A stretch of 64,000 nt of DNA, from the IMG/VR virus record IMGVR_UViG_3300028920_000061, positions 17,023 through 81,022 of that record; one strand, given 5' to 3'. The DNA is from a virus. Of this stretch, positions 37,228 to 46,936 are shown piece after piece (position 1 is the first letter of the stretch; every line of letters starts with the position of its first letter). The translations under genes and the position numbers were made by a program. The notes under the pieces are model-generated. The model worked only from the letters and a program-made list of their open reading frames with translations, did not search any database and was not told the DNA's origin.

Positions 37228-37239
37228 TGACAGCCTTCC

Positions 37240-37782
37240 TTATATCGCTTCAATTGGGCCACGGTGAGTAACCTTTGTGGCATCAGTGGCTGCTGTAGTA
37301 CCAGTCGAACCTTCGTATATTTCAGCACGAAATTTGGCCACAGCCCATGTCGTGTCTTCATACCATGTGATATATGAGGGTGTTCCAAAACTGTATTTGA
37401 ACGGGAGTCTCATCAGTGTCTCTTCGAACGAATTGTTATCTACACCGAATTCAGTAAGATAGAAATCTCTCATATTAGCTGTTCCACCAGAATGTTCTGA
37501 TATTTTGGCGACATATTTATGCCTGTCCGTCAATGCTGAAGAAATACTTGAAACGGGTATGGACCAGAAACCAGATGCAGAATTGTATGTCATTGTGACA
37601 GACGAAACGGTAGCAACAGCGCTTCCAGCAGTAACATCGTAAAAATCAATATCAATTGTTATTGGGGAAACGGCAACTGTAAGCGCGGTCTGAGTTGTAT
37701 CATCAATAACATCTGCACCAATAACAACCAGGGAAGTGTCAGGGTTTGCTCCGGCAATTGAAATAGTCTGTGGGTATTTCAT
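37240..37782 (-). CDS. Virion protein
   Basis: AAGGA RBS; beta-rich. Confidence 0.7.
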   Translation of the reverse strand: MKYPQTISIAGANPDTSLVVIGADVIDDTTQTALTVAVSPITIDIDFYDVTAGSAVATVSSVTMTYNSASGFWSIPVSSISSALTDRHKYVAKISEHSGGTANMRDFYLTEFGVDNNSFEETLMRLPFKYSFGTPSYITWYEDTTWAVAKFRAEIYEGSTGTTAATDATKVTHRGPIEAI

Positions 37783-37792
37783 AATTTTTCCT

Positions 37793-39166
37793 TTATGTAT
37801 CCATGACGTGAATTCTTCCCGTCATAAACATGCTCCATTCACTTGTTGACAAACCATTGTATATAAAGGCTATTCCATCAGCTTTAGCAATCACACTGAC
37901 CGGCCCTTCAGGAGTATTATCAAAATCAAAAAATGTTCCAGAGGCATATTGACTGCTATTAATTGCTGTGGATTTTGGCGTGATAGTATATGCGCTATCA
38001 TAACGTCGTGAAATCACCTCATCCGCCGGCCATGTACCCTCTCCAGAAATATTAAAGGCAGAATCTAAACGATGCAAATATATTGTAGAACCAACTCTTA
38101 CTTTTATGAATAAATCAAAAGCCATTAATGCATCTGAAGCCGGTATAGAAATTCCAACATTTGCATATTCAAAAAACCATGCTGCGCTTAAAACTGGCGT
38201 TATTGCAGCAGAACCTGTTTTTTTCAAGGATGCGAAAACATCATGAGATGACATATCGTCAGAATCCCAACCTGTTAATGAGTATACAGGGGTTTGATGT
38301 TTTACTGAAACATATACCGTTCCAAGATTATTAGCCAATACTTGGGTCCAATTAGTTGTTGCTTCAGCAATAGATACGCTTCCACCGGAAGGTTGAAACC
38401 TGACTGATGGTCCTATAAAATTTCCAGCTTGCGCTTGAACATCACCCACTGTTGCTATAATATCACCAGAAGAAGATGTTATAGCACCGCCGGCATCTAT
38501 ATCACCGCTTGCATCAACTTCGTCAGTTGTGACAGTGTTGGCAATTATTTCATCACAATTTTCGATATCCTGACCGCTCATATCAAGAGATCCGCCCCAT
38601 CCAGAAAGTATGGTCAACCCTCGAAATGATGGGGAAGAATTGATTCCAACATTTTGTAAATTAGCAACATAGTCCCATTCTGCTTGCGTAATCGAAGAGG
38701 CAATGCCGGTCATATTTACAAGGTTTTCTGCCGTGCCATAACTTATTTCAGAAAGCTTTTCCCATGTTCTCCAGGGGTTCGCCGGCCACGCAGGGTTACA
38801 GTTATCATAGAATTTTATGAACTGGTCACATAATGGACCAAGAACAAACGCTCTTGCAGTGTCGCTCGATGTAAGAGTGGCGTCACCCGTCATTAAAGCC
38901 TGTTCTATGAAGGATGTTTTATACTTGAATTCATAACGAGCGCCGGCGGTTGCAACTGAAGTGCCACCAAAAACAAATGTCCGTGAACCCGATGGGTTGA
39001 AATATGAATTACCAAGATCCGTTATGAGAATATTCGTTCCAACATAAATACGTGACGTTGTAATAGAATAGATTAAATCTATACTGTTAGAGGACGCTGA
39101 ACTATTCAGAATCTTCTTAGCTGAAATAGAATGATCAAGAGTTTCGGTTGGAACAAAGCTTTCCAT
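37793..39166 (-). CDS. Tail fibre/spike-like protein
   Basis: SSPSFRGLTI and ASGDIDAGGAIT...GDII beta-helix-like repeats. Confidence 0.65.
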   Translation of the reverse strand: MESFVPTETLDHSISAKKILNSSASSNSIDLIYSITTSRIYVGTNILITDLGNSYFNPSGSRTFVFGGTSVATAGARYEFKYKTSFIEQALMTGDATLTSSDTARAFVLGPLCDQFIKFYDNCNPAWPANPWRTWEKLSEISYGTAENLVNMTGIASSITQAEWDYVANLQNVGINSSPSFRGLTILSGWGGSLDMSGQDIENCDEIIANTVTTDEVDASGDIDAGGAITSSSGDIIATVGDVQAQAGNFIGPSVRFQPSGGSVSIAEATTNWTQVLANNLGTVYVSVKHQTPVYSLTGWDSDDMSSHDVFASLKKTGSAAITPVLSAAWFFEYANVGISIPASDALMAFDLFIKVRVGSTIYLHRLDSAFNISGEGTWPADEVISRRYDSAYTITPKSTAINSSQYASGTFFDFDNTPEGPVSVIAKADGIAFIYNGLSTSEWSMFMTGRIHVMDT

Positions 39167-39167
39167 A

Positions 39168-39555
39168 TTATGACCCCGTAGGAAATGCGAATTTGAGCTG
39201 AGAAATAATCACGATTTGATTTGCCTGCCATTCCACTTCGTTGAATTCTATATCGCTTCCTGAATTAATTAAACCTACTGTTCCGGACACGATAATTGCG
39301 GGTGTTGAATCGTAAATATTGAATTTACTGACAGTTCCGGTAGAACTTACAATTCCACGTATTATTCTTGAATCAGAGGAATCCTGAAAATAAAATTCGT
39401 TCGGAAAGCTGCCATCTGCTTCAATATCATCAAATGCTACATTACAAAGAGCCGTGCCATTAGATGTGGTGAAATAGACACGCTTATCTCCAGCGACTAT
39501 CTCATCGTGGAGCACATCAAACATATCTGCAATAATGGCAAGAGTCAGATTCATA
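39168..39555 (-). CDS. Virion protein (likely start MNLTLAI)
   Basis: GAGG RBS before ATG; GTVSKFNIY...SGTVG...SDIEFN motif typical of small tail proteins. Confidence 0.6.
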
Positions 39556-39582
39556 TGTACCTCTATTATACAATATAATTGG

Positions 39583-42273
39583 TCACAGGACAATATACCC
39601 AGATGGGAAATATTGTCCAAATTTTGCCGATGAATCAGCAAAGACCAGCTCCACAATGTCAGTATCCACATTGATACCGGGCGACCGTCTAAAATTCATG
39701 TATTGGTTCCAGTGTGGAAACAGGCCGCCATTCAAAACTGACGCATTTCTACAAATAATTTGATATTGCTGCAATGTATCCCCGGCGTCATAAATAGTGT
39801 CCATGGGAGAATCCATATAAGCTCGATAAAGCCGGTCGCTTTCCATCATATACAGATACAGGAACTTATGCGTCGGCCAGCACATATGGGCAAACCCAAG
39901 AGTCAAGCTTTCATTAAGACATGTGCCAGTCGGAGGCTCGCTCAAATACGTTGTTTCAACATAATCGTTATACAATGGGTCTGTCGCTTCGTCAGGAGCG
40001 TACAGCGTTATTCTGACAACATTAGCAAACCCAAGCGGATGAGTTGCGGCGTTCGTCGCATGATACAGGCCATTATAGTTTATATCATTGCTTTCAGTAC
40101 CGTGAATTATTAATTCAGGATATTTCCCATAAAGACCGTAGACAGTGTCAATAATATGCTGGACCGGCTTGTAACCTTCGGGAATGTACACGTCAATATA
40201 CGGCGCCGAACTGCCTGAATTCGCATAAATATTTTTTATCGGGAATCGGTTGTTCAATCTCAAATACAGATGGTCACCATACGACAGCTCATCAAAATCT
40301 CCCGAAAGCTGAATCTTACCCGACGTTCTTGGGTTGATAACGTTTTCAATGGAAAACCCTTTACCCGAATCATTAATCATGGTGCAATGATTCTGAATAA
40401 ACGGATGAAGCTCTTCATCATCTTTAATTTCAAGAGTCACTATCGGATTTGAAACATCAATAATCTTGTACCCGTAGGATTCGAAGAGCCCGACAGTCTT
40501 ACACTTTTCAGGAGAGACCGGGAGCCCGTAGTAGACATTGAGCGCTTTTTGATATTCAGATATCGTACTCGAATCTCTCATAGAGGAGAGAAGCGTGTTG
40601 AGAGCAGCTTTTCCTGGGATATTTTTGTATTCGTACTGAGCCCACTGGTTGATACCAACCATGCCACCATGCTGGTCAAACAGGTAACGTTCAATGATAG
40701 GTGTTTTCTTGCTATACAGATAAGAATCAATTTCGACACTATCGTTAACAAATATATCTCTATTAAATTCAAGGACATACGAGTTTATGACAAAATCAGT
40801 CTCTTTATCAAATTGCGTTCCTGGTATCTCAATCCCGGTTGTCAGATATGGAATATCCAGAACCTCGTTGTTGATATCATAGGACTTCCCGGTCGTGAGA
40901 TATATCGAGAACGTCTCAACGCCAAGATAGTTCAGACTTCCTTCAACTTCAATCATATATTTGAACTTGGCACGACTTTCTGCCCAATAACCCTGACTAT
41001 CTGTACCAACAGTTCCGGTACTGTCAGACCATCCGGGGTACCACTTCCATACCTTCGCCGTGTCAGGATAATAGCGCCCTTCGCCGGTTTGAGCATTCAC
41101 ATAGCTGTCAAGATCCTCGAAATCCTCATTGGCGACTTCAGGACAGTCTGTTTTCAATGTCGATGGGTCGCTTGGGTCAACTGGGTCTGAAATGTCTGAC
41201 AAGGTAGCCCACGGTGTCCCCGTAGCAACCGCGGCAAGAACATCTGCTATCTGTGTCAAGCTCGTATTATCAAACGTAATATCAAGAGATGTTGCCGTCC
41301 ATGCAACCGCTGTCGGGCCGCCAGCAGATCCTGTAATCGTAATTTTGTATTGCGACACATCGGTTGTATCAACAGACTCAATTCTGAGAGCTCCCTGGGA
41401 ACTTGTCCCACTTATTATAGCCCAAGCCTCACGGTCATATGCTTCAGAAGAAGCATAGAAATCAGTAACAGGAAACCATTTTGTATCAAGAGAAGTGTCT
41501 TTTGGAGTGATTACAACATAGCATTCACTGACAATCTTGCCACCGCTCCGGTATCCAAGGTATCGAATCTGTTCATAATCATTGCCACGCACTTCAATCA
41601 AGTCATTATATATTGGACTAAGGTCAGAGTCATATGTTGGCTCTATGAGAACTGTCCCAATAGGATTGATAATTGATTTTGGGGACTTGAGTGTCGGGTC
41701 AAGAAATACTGGCCTTGAATATAATGGCCCTACCTGAAGGTCATAATAATCTTCAAATGGGCAAACGCCAGGCTCCTCAGGATTGACCGCAGCCAGGAAG
41801 CGCAGCCCTTTCTTAACAAGCGATCCGCCGGCTATGACAAGTCCAAACCAGAAATTTTCAGTCATGTCTCTGGAATCATCTTCAAGGAAATTCCAGAATG
41901 TGCTGAGATAGTCCCAGAATTGAACTCGTTCAAAATCATCTTCAGTACATGCTTCTGGAGCATCTATTGATTCATATTCGCTTCCAGGGAGTGTCGTGTA
42001 AAAATAGAAGAACCCTATTCCGTCACGAAGAGTATTGTAAATTCCATAGTTATAATTATTCGCAAGCCATGTTGATACCCCAGACCCAGAATTAACAAAT
42101 CCGAATATGGCATAAATGAAATCAATCTCATTGAAATCTGCGGCATCGAAGTAGTCCGGAAGCAAATCTGTCGGATCTGTTGAATCAAATGTACAGTCAG
42201 TTATAATAGTAGATGTCAAATCGGAACTTGGCCGATTTGTTTCTACATGCGTCCAGTTAACTGTACCTGCCAT
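39583..42273 (-). CDS. Baseplate wedge-associated protein
   Basis: FWDYLSTFWNF...FW and ALNVYYGLPV motifs; position in baseplate cluster. Confidence 0.55.
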   Translation of the reverse strand: MAGTVNWTHVETNRPSSDLTSTIITDCTFDSTDPTDLLPDYFDAADFNEIDFIYAIFGFVNSGSGVSTWLANNYNYGIYNTLRDGIGFFYFYTTLPGSEYESIDAPEACTEDDFERVQFWDYLSTFWNFLEDDSRDMTENFWFGLVIAGGSLVKKGLRFLAAVNPEEPGVCPFEDYYDLQVGPLYSRPVFLDPTLKSPKSIINPIGTVLIEPTYDSDLSPIYNDLIEVRGNDYEQIRYLGYRSGGKIVSECYVVITPKDTSLDTKWFPVTDFYASSEAYDREAWAIISGTSSQGALRIESVDTTDVSQYKITITGSAGGPTAVAWTATSLDITFDNTSLTQIADVLAAVATGTPWATLSDISDPVDPSDPSTLKTDCPEVANEDFEDLDSYVNAQTGEGRYYPDTAKVWKWYPGWSDSTGTVGTDSQGYWAESRAKFKYMIEVEGSLNYLGVETFSIYLTTGKSYDINNEVLDIPYLTTGIEIPGTQFDKETDFVINSYVLEFNRDIFVNDSVEIDSYLYSKKTPIIERYLFDQHGGMVGINQWAQYEYKNIPGKAALNTLLSSMRDSSTISEYQKALNVYYGLPVSPEKCKTVGLFESYGYKIIDVSNPIVTLEIKDDEELHPFIQNHCTMINDSGKGFSIENVINPRTSGKIQLSGDFDELSYGDHLYLRLNNRFPIKNIYANSGSSAPYIDVYIPEGYKPVQHIIDTVYGLYGKYPELIIHGTESNDINYNGLYHATNAATHPLGFANVVRITLYAPDEATDPLYNDYVETTYLSEPPTGTCLNESLTLGFAHMCWPTHKFLYLYMMESDRLYRAYMDSPMDTIYDAGDTLQQYQIICRNASVLNGGLFPHWNQYMNFRRSPGINVDTDIVELVFADSSAKFGQYFPSGYIVL

Positions 42274-42275
42274 AA

Positions 42276-44171
42276 TTACGCCCCCATTGGCGGACCACCG
42301 CCGCCACCAAGAGTATCATACAATTCACCAGCCTTGACGACAGAATCAATTAAATCGACTATAGATCCGGTTTCTGCAGTCGTAATAAAATCTCCAGGAG
42401 TTTTTATTGTTAAGCCTTCTCCTGACACATCCATGTTCCCATCAAAACTTGAAAAGAAAATATCTGCTGATTTGCAATATAACATTGCATTTTTAATATG
42501 AACATAAGATTTTTGAGAGACGCCCAATGAATCTACAGTAACAATTGTATTTGTATCTTCCGTGTTTTGCGTAAGAATAAAATCCTTAACTATAAGCTTT
42601 TTCATATTGGTAGATGTATCTATTTGTATAATTATGAATTCATCCGCTGGTGCATAGTCTTTCGTTTCTATGAACCAGGCTTTATCACGACCAATATCAG
42701 CAGCTTTAATGAAGGAATATCCGCCAATTTCTTCGTTTACATTAATAAAGAAATTATCAACCGGAGTAAATATGTTTTTCAAAAGAAATGTATCATATCC
42801 GGTTGGTGACACGCCGCATGAATCGCCTTCCGTATTATCAAAATAATTTCTCAATTGTCTGAACATGAACTGGTCGGATTCGCTACCGTCTCCTGAAAAC
42901 CCCTTTTCCCCATCTACATAATAAGAATACGCTTCAAACCTGAATGCGCCAATACCAGCCCTGGTATATCCTTTAATATCGAGCAGTATGCCATTAGCAA
43001 TCCAGAATACTGAACCGTTACCGGAATTAGTAATTTCATAGATGTAGTAATTAAAATCATTTTCAAGAAATGTGGTAGCCGTCAAGCTTGTCGGCATATC
43101 ATCAATGGAACTGTTACTGAAGGTACAATCAGTTTTTGTACCCGGTATCAAACCTGTCACAACGTTTGTTTCACAATGATCCCATGTCAGGGTTCCGCCA
43201 GAGTCGTTAATCGAAGCCGTTCCCTGCAGATTGATAACAGAATCGTATACCAAAGTGGTATCTGAATATTCATTGATTTCAAATGCGGCGTCCTCGAATG
43301 AGAAGTTGCATCCGTAAGCGGTAATGTTAGTCTTCTCAGTAGTGCTTGCTCCAGTCATATGCACTTCTTGATCACTGATAATCATTGACCCTCTTAGAAT
43401 AACACTATTCGGACCAGAAGTATTATCAGTTGATTTGGCTATGATTAAATCAGATGGTCCGGAGCCGGCTGTATCTTGAGGTATTACTACCATATCGCTT
43501 ACATTAAGCGTTACATCGGAAGACGCGATTCTGAATATTTCATGCCCCGAATTTGGGGTGGTAACTGTCCACAAACCATTTGTAGACTTGTCCCATGCTC
43601 TTAAAGTAATCTCTATGCTATCCCCAGGATCAACCAGAAACATGTATGCATTGACAGTGTCAATCGGTATGTCACCTTTAATATTGACAATATCCCCATC
43701 AACTGGGAAATATGTCGGAGCATCGGCCAGGTACAATTTAAGCTGTGCAAGATTCCACGGGCTTGCCTCTGTTCCAGCACCGGTCGCCACTTGGTTTACA
43801 TCAACGTAATAGTCGCTGGATGTTGAGGGATCGACATCAAATGCATTAAGAAGAGTGTCCTCTTGAGCATCAGATCGGACGACCTTGAGATCATATGTGC
43901 CATACAACAGTGCTAATGGCACACTCATGATAATTTGACCGTTCGTCCATGTATCATAAACCCCGGTTGTTACCCATGGGCCGCCATCTTTACGATAATA
44001 TAACACACCCGGATACAGGAAAAAATTCTCTCCAGATGCAGTGATATCAAGAGTAATTGGATTGTAAGCACCTGATATGATATTAGGTGCTCCAAGCTCT
44101 GTTAGCCAGATATGTGGGTCAACAAACCCGTCTTCCCACATATCGGATTCAAGGTAGCCGGATTGATACAT
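42276..44171 (-). CDS. Virion protein with Ig-like domain and two YYVD...G.G.E..P modules
   Basis: GENF...GTYDLKVV Ig/IPT-like; YYVDVNQVATGAGTEASPW and YYVDGEKGFSGDGSESDQF. Confidence 0.7.
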   Translation of the reverse strand: MYQSGYLESDMWEDGFVDPHIWLTELGAPNIISGAYNPITLDITASGENFFLYPGVLYYRKDGGPWVTTGVYDTWTNGQIIMSVPLALLYGTYDLKVVRSDAQEDTLLNAFDVDPSTSSDYYVDVNQVATGAGTEASPWNLAQLKLYLADAPTYFPVDGDIVNIKGDIPIDTVNAYMFLVDPGDSIEITLRAWDKSTNGLWTVTTPNSGHEIFRIASSDVTLNVSDMVVIPQDTAGSGPSDLIIAKSTDNTSGPNSVILRGSMIISDQEVHMTGASTTEKTNITAYGCNFSFEDAAFEINEYSDTTLVYDSVINLQGTASINDSGGTLTWDHCETNVVTGLIPGTKTDCTFSNSSIDDMPTSLTATTFLENDFNYYIYEITNSGNGSVFWIANGILLDIKGYTRAGIGAFRFEAYSYYVDGEKGFSGDGSESDQFMFRQLRNYFDNTEGDSCGVSPTGYDTFLLKNIFTPVDNFFINVNEEIGGYSFIKAADIGRDKAWFIETKDYAPADEFIIIQIDTSTNMKKLIVKDFILTQNTEDTNTIVTVDSLGVSQKSYVHIKNAMLYCKSADIFFSSFDGNMDVSGEGLTIKTPGDFITTAETGSIVDLIDSVVKAGELYDTLGGGGGPPMGA

Positions 44172-44172
44172 A

Positions 44173-45039
44173 TCAGTACGTTTCTATTTTAATGTAATCC
44201 GTCATGCCGACAGCAGTATCGAGAGTTGTTGTTACAGTCTCGTCCGTGCCAGTAGCCGCGTCTCCAACGTCAATTAATTGAGGTTTACCATTGGCGTGGC
44301 GATTAGTAACATTTCTCTTGAACAACAGGTCTTTCATCTGAACAAGAGTTACGTTATCTGATTCAGAATCCGCAAGCCCCTCTTGAGAATCGTACAGACG
44401 ATTGTATGAAGCAGCCCCGGCAGTCTTACCAGCCATCGCGGTCAGCATGGACACAATGTCAGTGTCACCGTCACCCAAATCTATTGGCGCACCAACCCGA
44501 CCATAAACATTATTTATGGCCGTATCAATATCTGAATTGTTATCTCCAAGAGTTGCCCCACTTCCAAGGTCGGAAGGTGTTCCAATTCTGGCATAGTTAT
44601 AATTTAAAATGGAGTTAATATCAACAACATTTTGAGAAATTGTTGCCCCGCCACCAATATCAGATGGTATTCCAATATGTCCATATAAATAATTTATAAG
44701 TGGATCGTAAGATCCGTCTCTCATTTGAAATGATTTTAATTCAGTCATTCCAACTGATGAAATTTCATAATAGACATATATATTATAACATTTTGCCTTT
44801 TCGAAACCGGCCGCAGCAGTCAATTGTATTTTTTCCGAATAAAATCCGATAGTGCCGGCGTCATCAAGCTTTGTCATTGTTCCTGTGAGAATTGGCGTTG
44901 CCGTCTCTTCTTCATAAATACGATAAGACGGATTAGAATCAGCGTCAACAGCCTGACCACCACCAGCAAATGTTGTTGGTGATTTTGCACATATTGCGAA
45001 TGTCAGATATTGATTTATTACACATTCTCCCAGGTACAT
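44173..45039 (-). CDS. Virion protein with three G.P.DLG.G repeats
   Basis: IGIPSDIGGG, IGTPSDLGSG, VGAPIDLGDG. Confidence 0.7.
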   Translation of the reverse strand: MYLGECVINQYLTFAICAKSPTTFAGGGQAVDADSNPSYRIYEEETATPILTGTMTKLDDAGTIGFYSEKIQLTAAAGFEKAKCYNIYVYYEISSVGMTELKSFQMRDGSYDPLINYLYGHIGIPSDIGGGATISQNVVDINSILNYNYARIGTPSDLGSGATLGDNNSDIDTAINNVYGRVGAPIDLGDGDTDIVSMLTAMAGKTAGAASYNRLYDSQEGLADSESDNVTLVQMKDLLFKRNVTNRHANGKPQLIDVGDAATGTDETVTTTLDTAVGMTDYIKIETY

Positions 45040-45040
45040 A

Positions 45041-45193
45041 TTATTCCCCTTTATCTATTTCATTATTTAATTGCTTCATTTGAGCAATCTCATCTTCTAA
45101 TTCTTTAATTCTTTTGCCACGTAATATTATTTCTTGACGCAAAATGCTTAATTCTTCATTTATAGATATAATGATATCGTTAACGGATTTCAC
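45041..45193 (-). CDS. 50-aa coiled-coil protein (not in ORF track)
   Basis: GGAGG then GTG; heptad pattern. Confidence 0.5.
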   Translation of the reverse strand: MKSVNDIIISINEELSILRQEIILRGKRIKELEDEIAQMKQLNNEIDKGE

Positions 45194-45194
45194 T

Positions 45195-45695
45195 CTAATG
45201 CCTCCAATTAATTCCAATACTTTTTAAAAGATCAATATCCCTATCAAATGTAAACTGATTATCAAATACGGAATCATCAATAAAGTTAACTTTTTTAATA
45301 CGAAGAATTTTTCTGAACCCCCACAAATTATTGAATAAATTTCTTTCTTTAATTTGTTGAAGCATTTTCTTAAAAAATTTAATATTTTCACCATTATAAC
45401 AAAGCATTTCATCACCAACGCCGCTCGAATGTCTGGCAAAATATGGTCGATTATTTTCAGAATCAAATAATGGCCAAGATTTCAAAACAATATCACGATC
45501 GATATAAAAAGTATTCGAAAAATTTGACATGATATCAAAAATAATTTCATGCCTATCTTTTATTTCATTTTCACAATTGCCACGATATATACGTTCGTAT
45601 TCAGCGCCATTAGTATGAGCAATGGCCTCAGTCCCATTCAACCTTTCTACCGTTTGCTCCGACAGATTCCCATGGATGATCTGAACCACTTTCAT
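45195..45695 (-). CDS. Glycosyltransferase-like (DxD) protein, paralog B
   Basis: MKVVQI..G, YIDRDIV, RPYF...L.YN; AT-rich. Confidence 0.55.
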   Translation of the reverse strand: MKVVQIIHGNLSEQTVERLNGTEAIAHTNGAEYERIYRGNCENEIKDRHEIIFDIMSNFSNTFYIDRDIVLKSWPLFDSENNRPYFARHSSGVGDEMLCYNGENIKFFKKMLQQIKERNLFNNLWGFRKILRIKKVNFIDDSVFDNQFTFDRDIDLLKSIGINWRH

Positions 45696-46179
45696 ATTTC
45701 CTCCATATTTCAGTACTTGTATAACAATGATGATTATATAAATTTTTTGGTATTACGTTAACTTTCTTTTTTCGTATTATCTTCATCGGCCACCCATGCA
45801 CATATGGAAGATTTCTATCATTTCTTTCATCAATAATTTTTTGAAAAAATTTTGTATTATTATTCACATAAAATAGACAATGGTTTATCTTTCCCTTTAT
45901 TCCATGCCCAAAGTATGGTCTACCATTTCCAGTTTCAAAATCTGGAATTTTTTTAAATTCAATATCGCAATCGGCATACAACATTTCCGGCTCTTGCGTG
46001 GCATATTCTATTCTGACAGTATCTGTAACAATTATTGGACTAAAAAAACCTTTCATGTCCTTTATAATAATTCTTTCATAATTAGGTAAAAACATTTCAC
46101 GAACCATATCCATAGATCGTTCATATTTTTTATACAAGTCAGTATTAGTTTCTCCGCACCAAATCTGAATCAATTTCAT
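45628..46179 (-). CDS. Glycosyltransferase-like (DxD) protein, paralog A
   Basis: MKLIQIWCG, TDTVRIEY...LYADCDIE resembles the SD..R....G.Y.D.D pattern of DxD sugar-binding (GT32-like) proteins. Confidence 0.6.
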   Translation of the reverse strand: MKLIQIWCGETNTDLYKKYERSMDMVREMFLPNYERIIIKDMKGFFSPIIVTDTVRIEYATQEPEMLYADCDIEFKKIPDFETGNGRPYFGHGIKGKINHCLFYVNNNTKFFQKIIDERNDRNLPYVHGWPMKIIRKKKVNVIPKNLYNHHCYTSTEIWRKYESGSDHPWESVGANGRKVEWD

Positions 46180-46180
46180 G

Positions 46181-46927
46181 TTATGCAGCTTGGCAAGGTA
46201 TTTTATATGATGTACCACTTGAATCTTTAATAGTGAGATATCCGTCAGGTGTCGGCGCTCCGGCCTGTCTTGCGTTACCTAATTGTAAAGATTTGCCAGA
46301 TGCTATTTCTAAATTAACAGATGTATATAACTGATATTCACTATTATTGTACCCAAGGCAAACATATGCATTTTCAGAATCATCAAAAGAACTATATGTT
46401 GACATACGAAGAAGGCCTTGAGGAATTCCGCCGCCATCTTGAGTTTGAACGCATTGTATTCTTGCCGATTTAGTTAAACCTCCGGGCTCAGAATCGCCAG
46501 AACCTTCTGTTATAAAATCCATACCAACAGCTTTATTAACATACCCCCATGCCGTATCACTATGACATAACGTAAGAAGAATCTTAAGATCGTCATCACC
46601 ATCTTCTACACCAATGAATAATTGTGGAGGGCTGCTTAATGATGTTGCTGGATCTCCAATTACTATACTGTCATGTATTTTTAAGTAATCTTCATCTTCC
46701 ATCCACGACATCTGGCCAATTGATGAATTCGCAGAAAATATTAGTAGAACATCATCATCTGTTCCACCTCCGATTGTCATACTATTACTTTTACATACTA
46801 TTGCACCAGATGCATCAACAGTAATACTTTCCACTGGTGCCGAAACATCTGATGCTATAATTCTATGTAAAGCAGAATGATCTGGTGATGATAAAGGATC
46901 TGTTGCGGTTGGTTGGGATATCGCCAT
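46181..46927 (-). CDS. Short fibre-like virion protein
   Basis: DPLSSPDHSALH N-terminus; TPDGYLTIKDSSGTSYKIPC C-terminus. Confidence 0.65.
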   Translation of the reverse strand: MAISQPTATDPLSSPDHSALHRIIASDVSAPVESITVDASGAIVCKSNSMTIGGGTDDDVLLIFSANSSIGQMSWMEDEDYLKIHDSIVIGDPATSLSSPPQLFIGVEDGDDDLKILLTLCHSDTAWGYVNKAVGMDFITEGSGDSEPGGLTKSARIQCVQTQDGGGIPQGLLRMSTYSSFDDSENAYVCLGYNNSEYQLYTSVNLEIASGKSLQLGNARQAGAPTPDGYLTIKDSSGTSYKIPCQAA

Positions 46928-46936
46928 AGTGTTACC

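Noticed and set aside
23937-46927. Diversity-generating retroelement acting on fibres
   Set aside because: No reverse transcriptase, and no adenine-specific TR/VR pair was noticed by eye; a self-alignment would be needed to exclude it fully.
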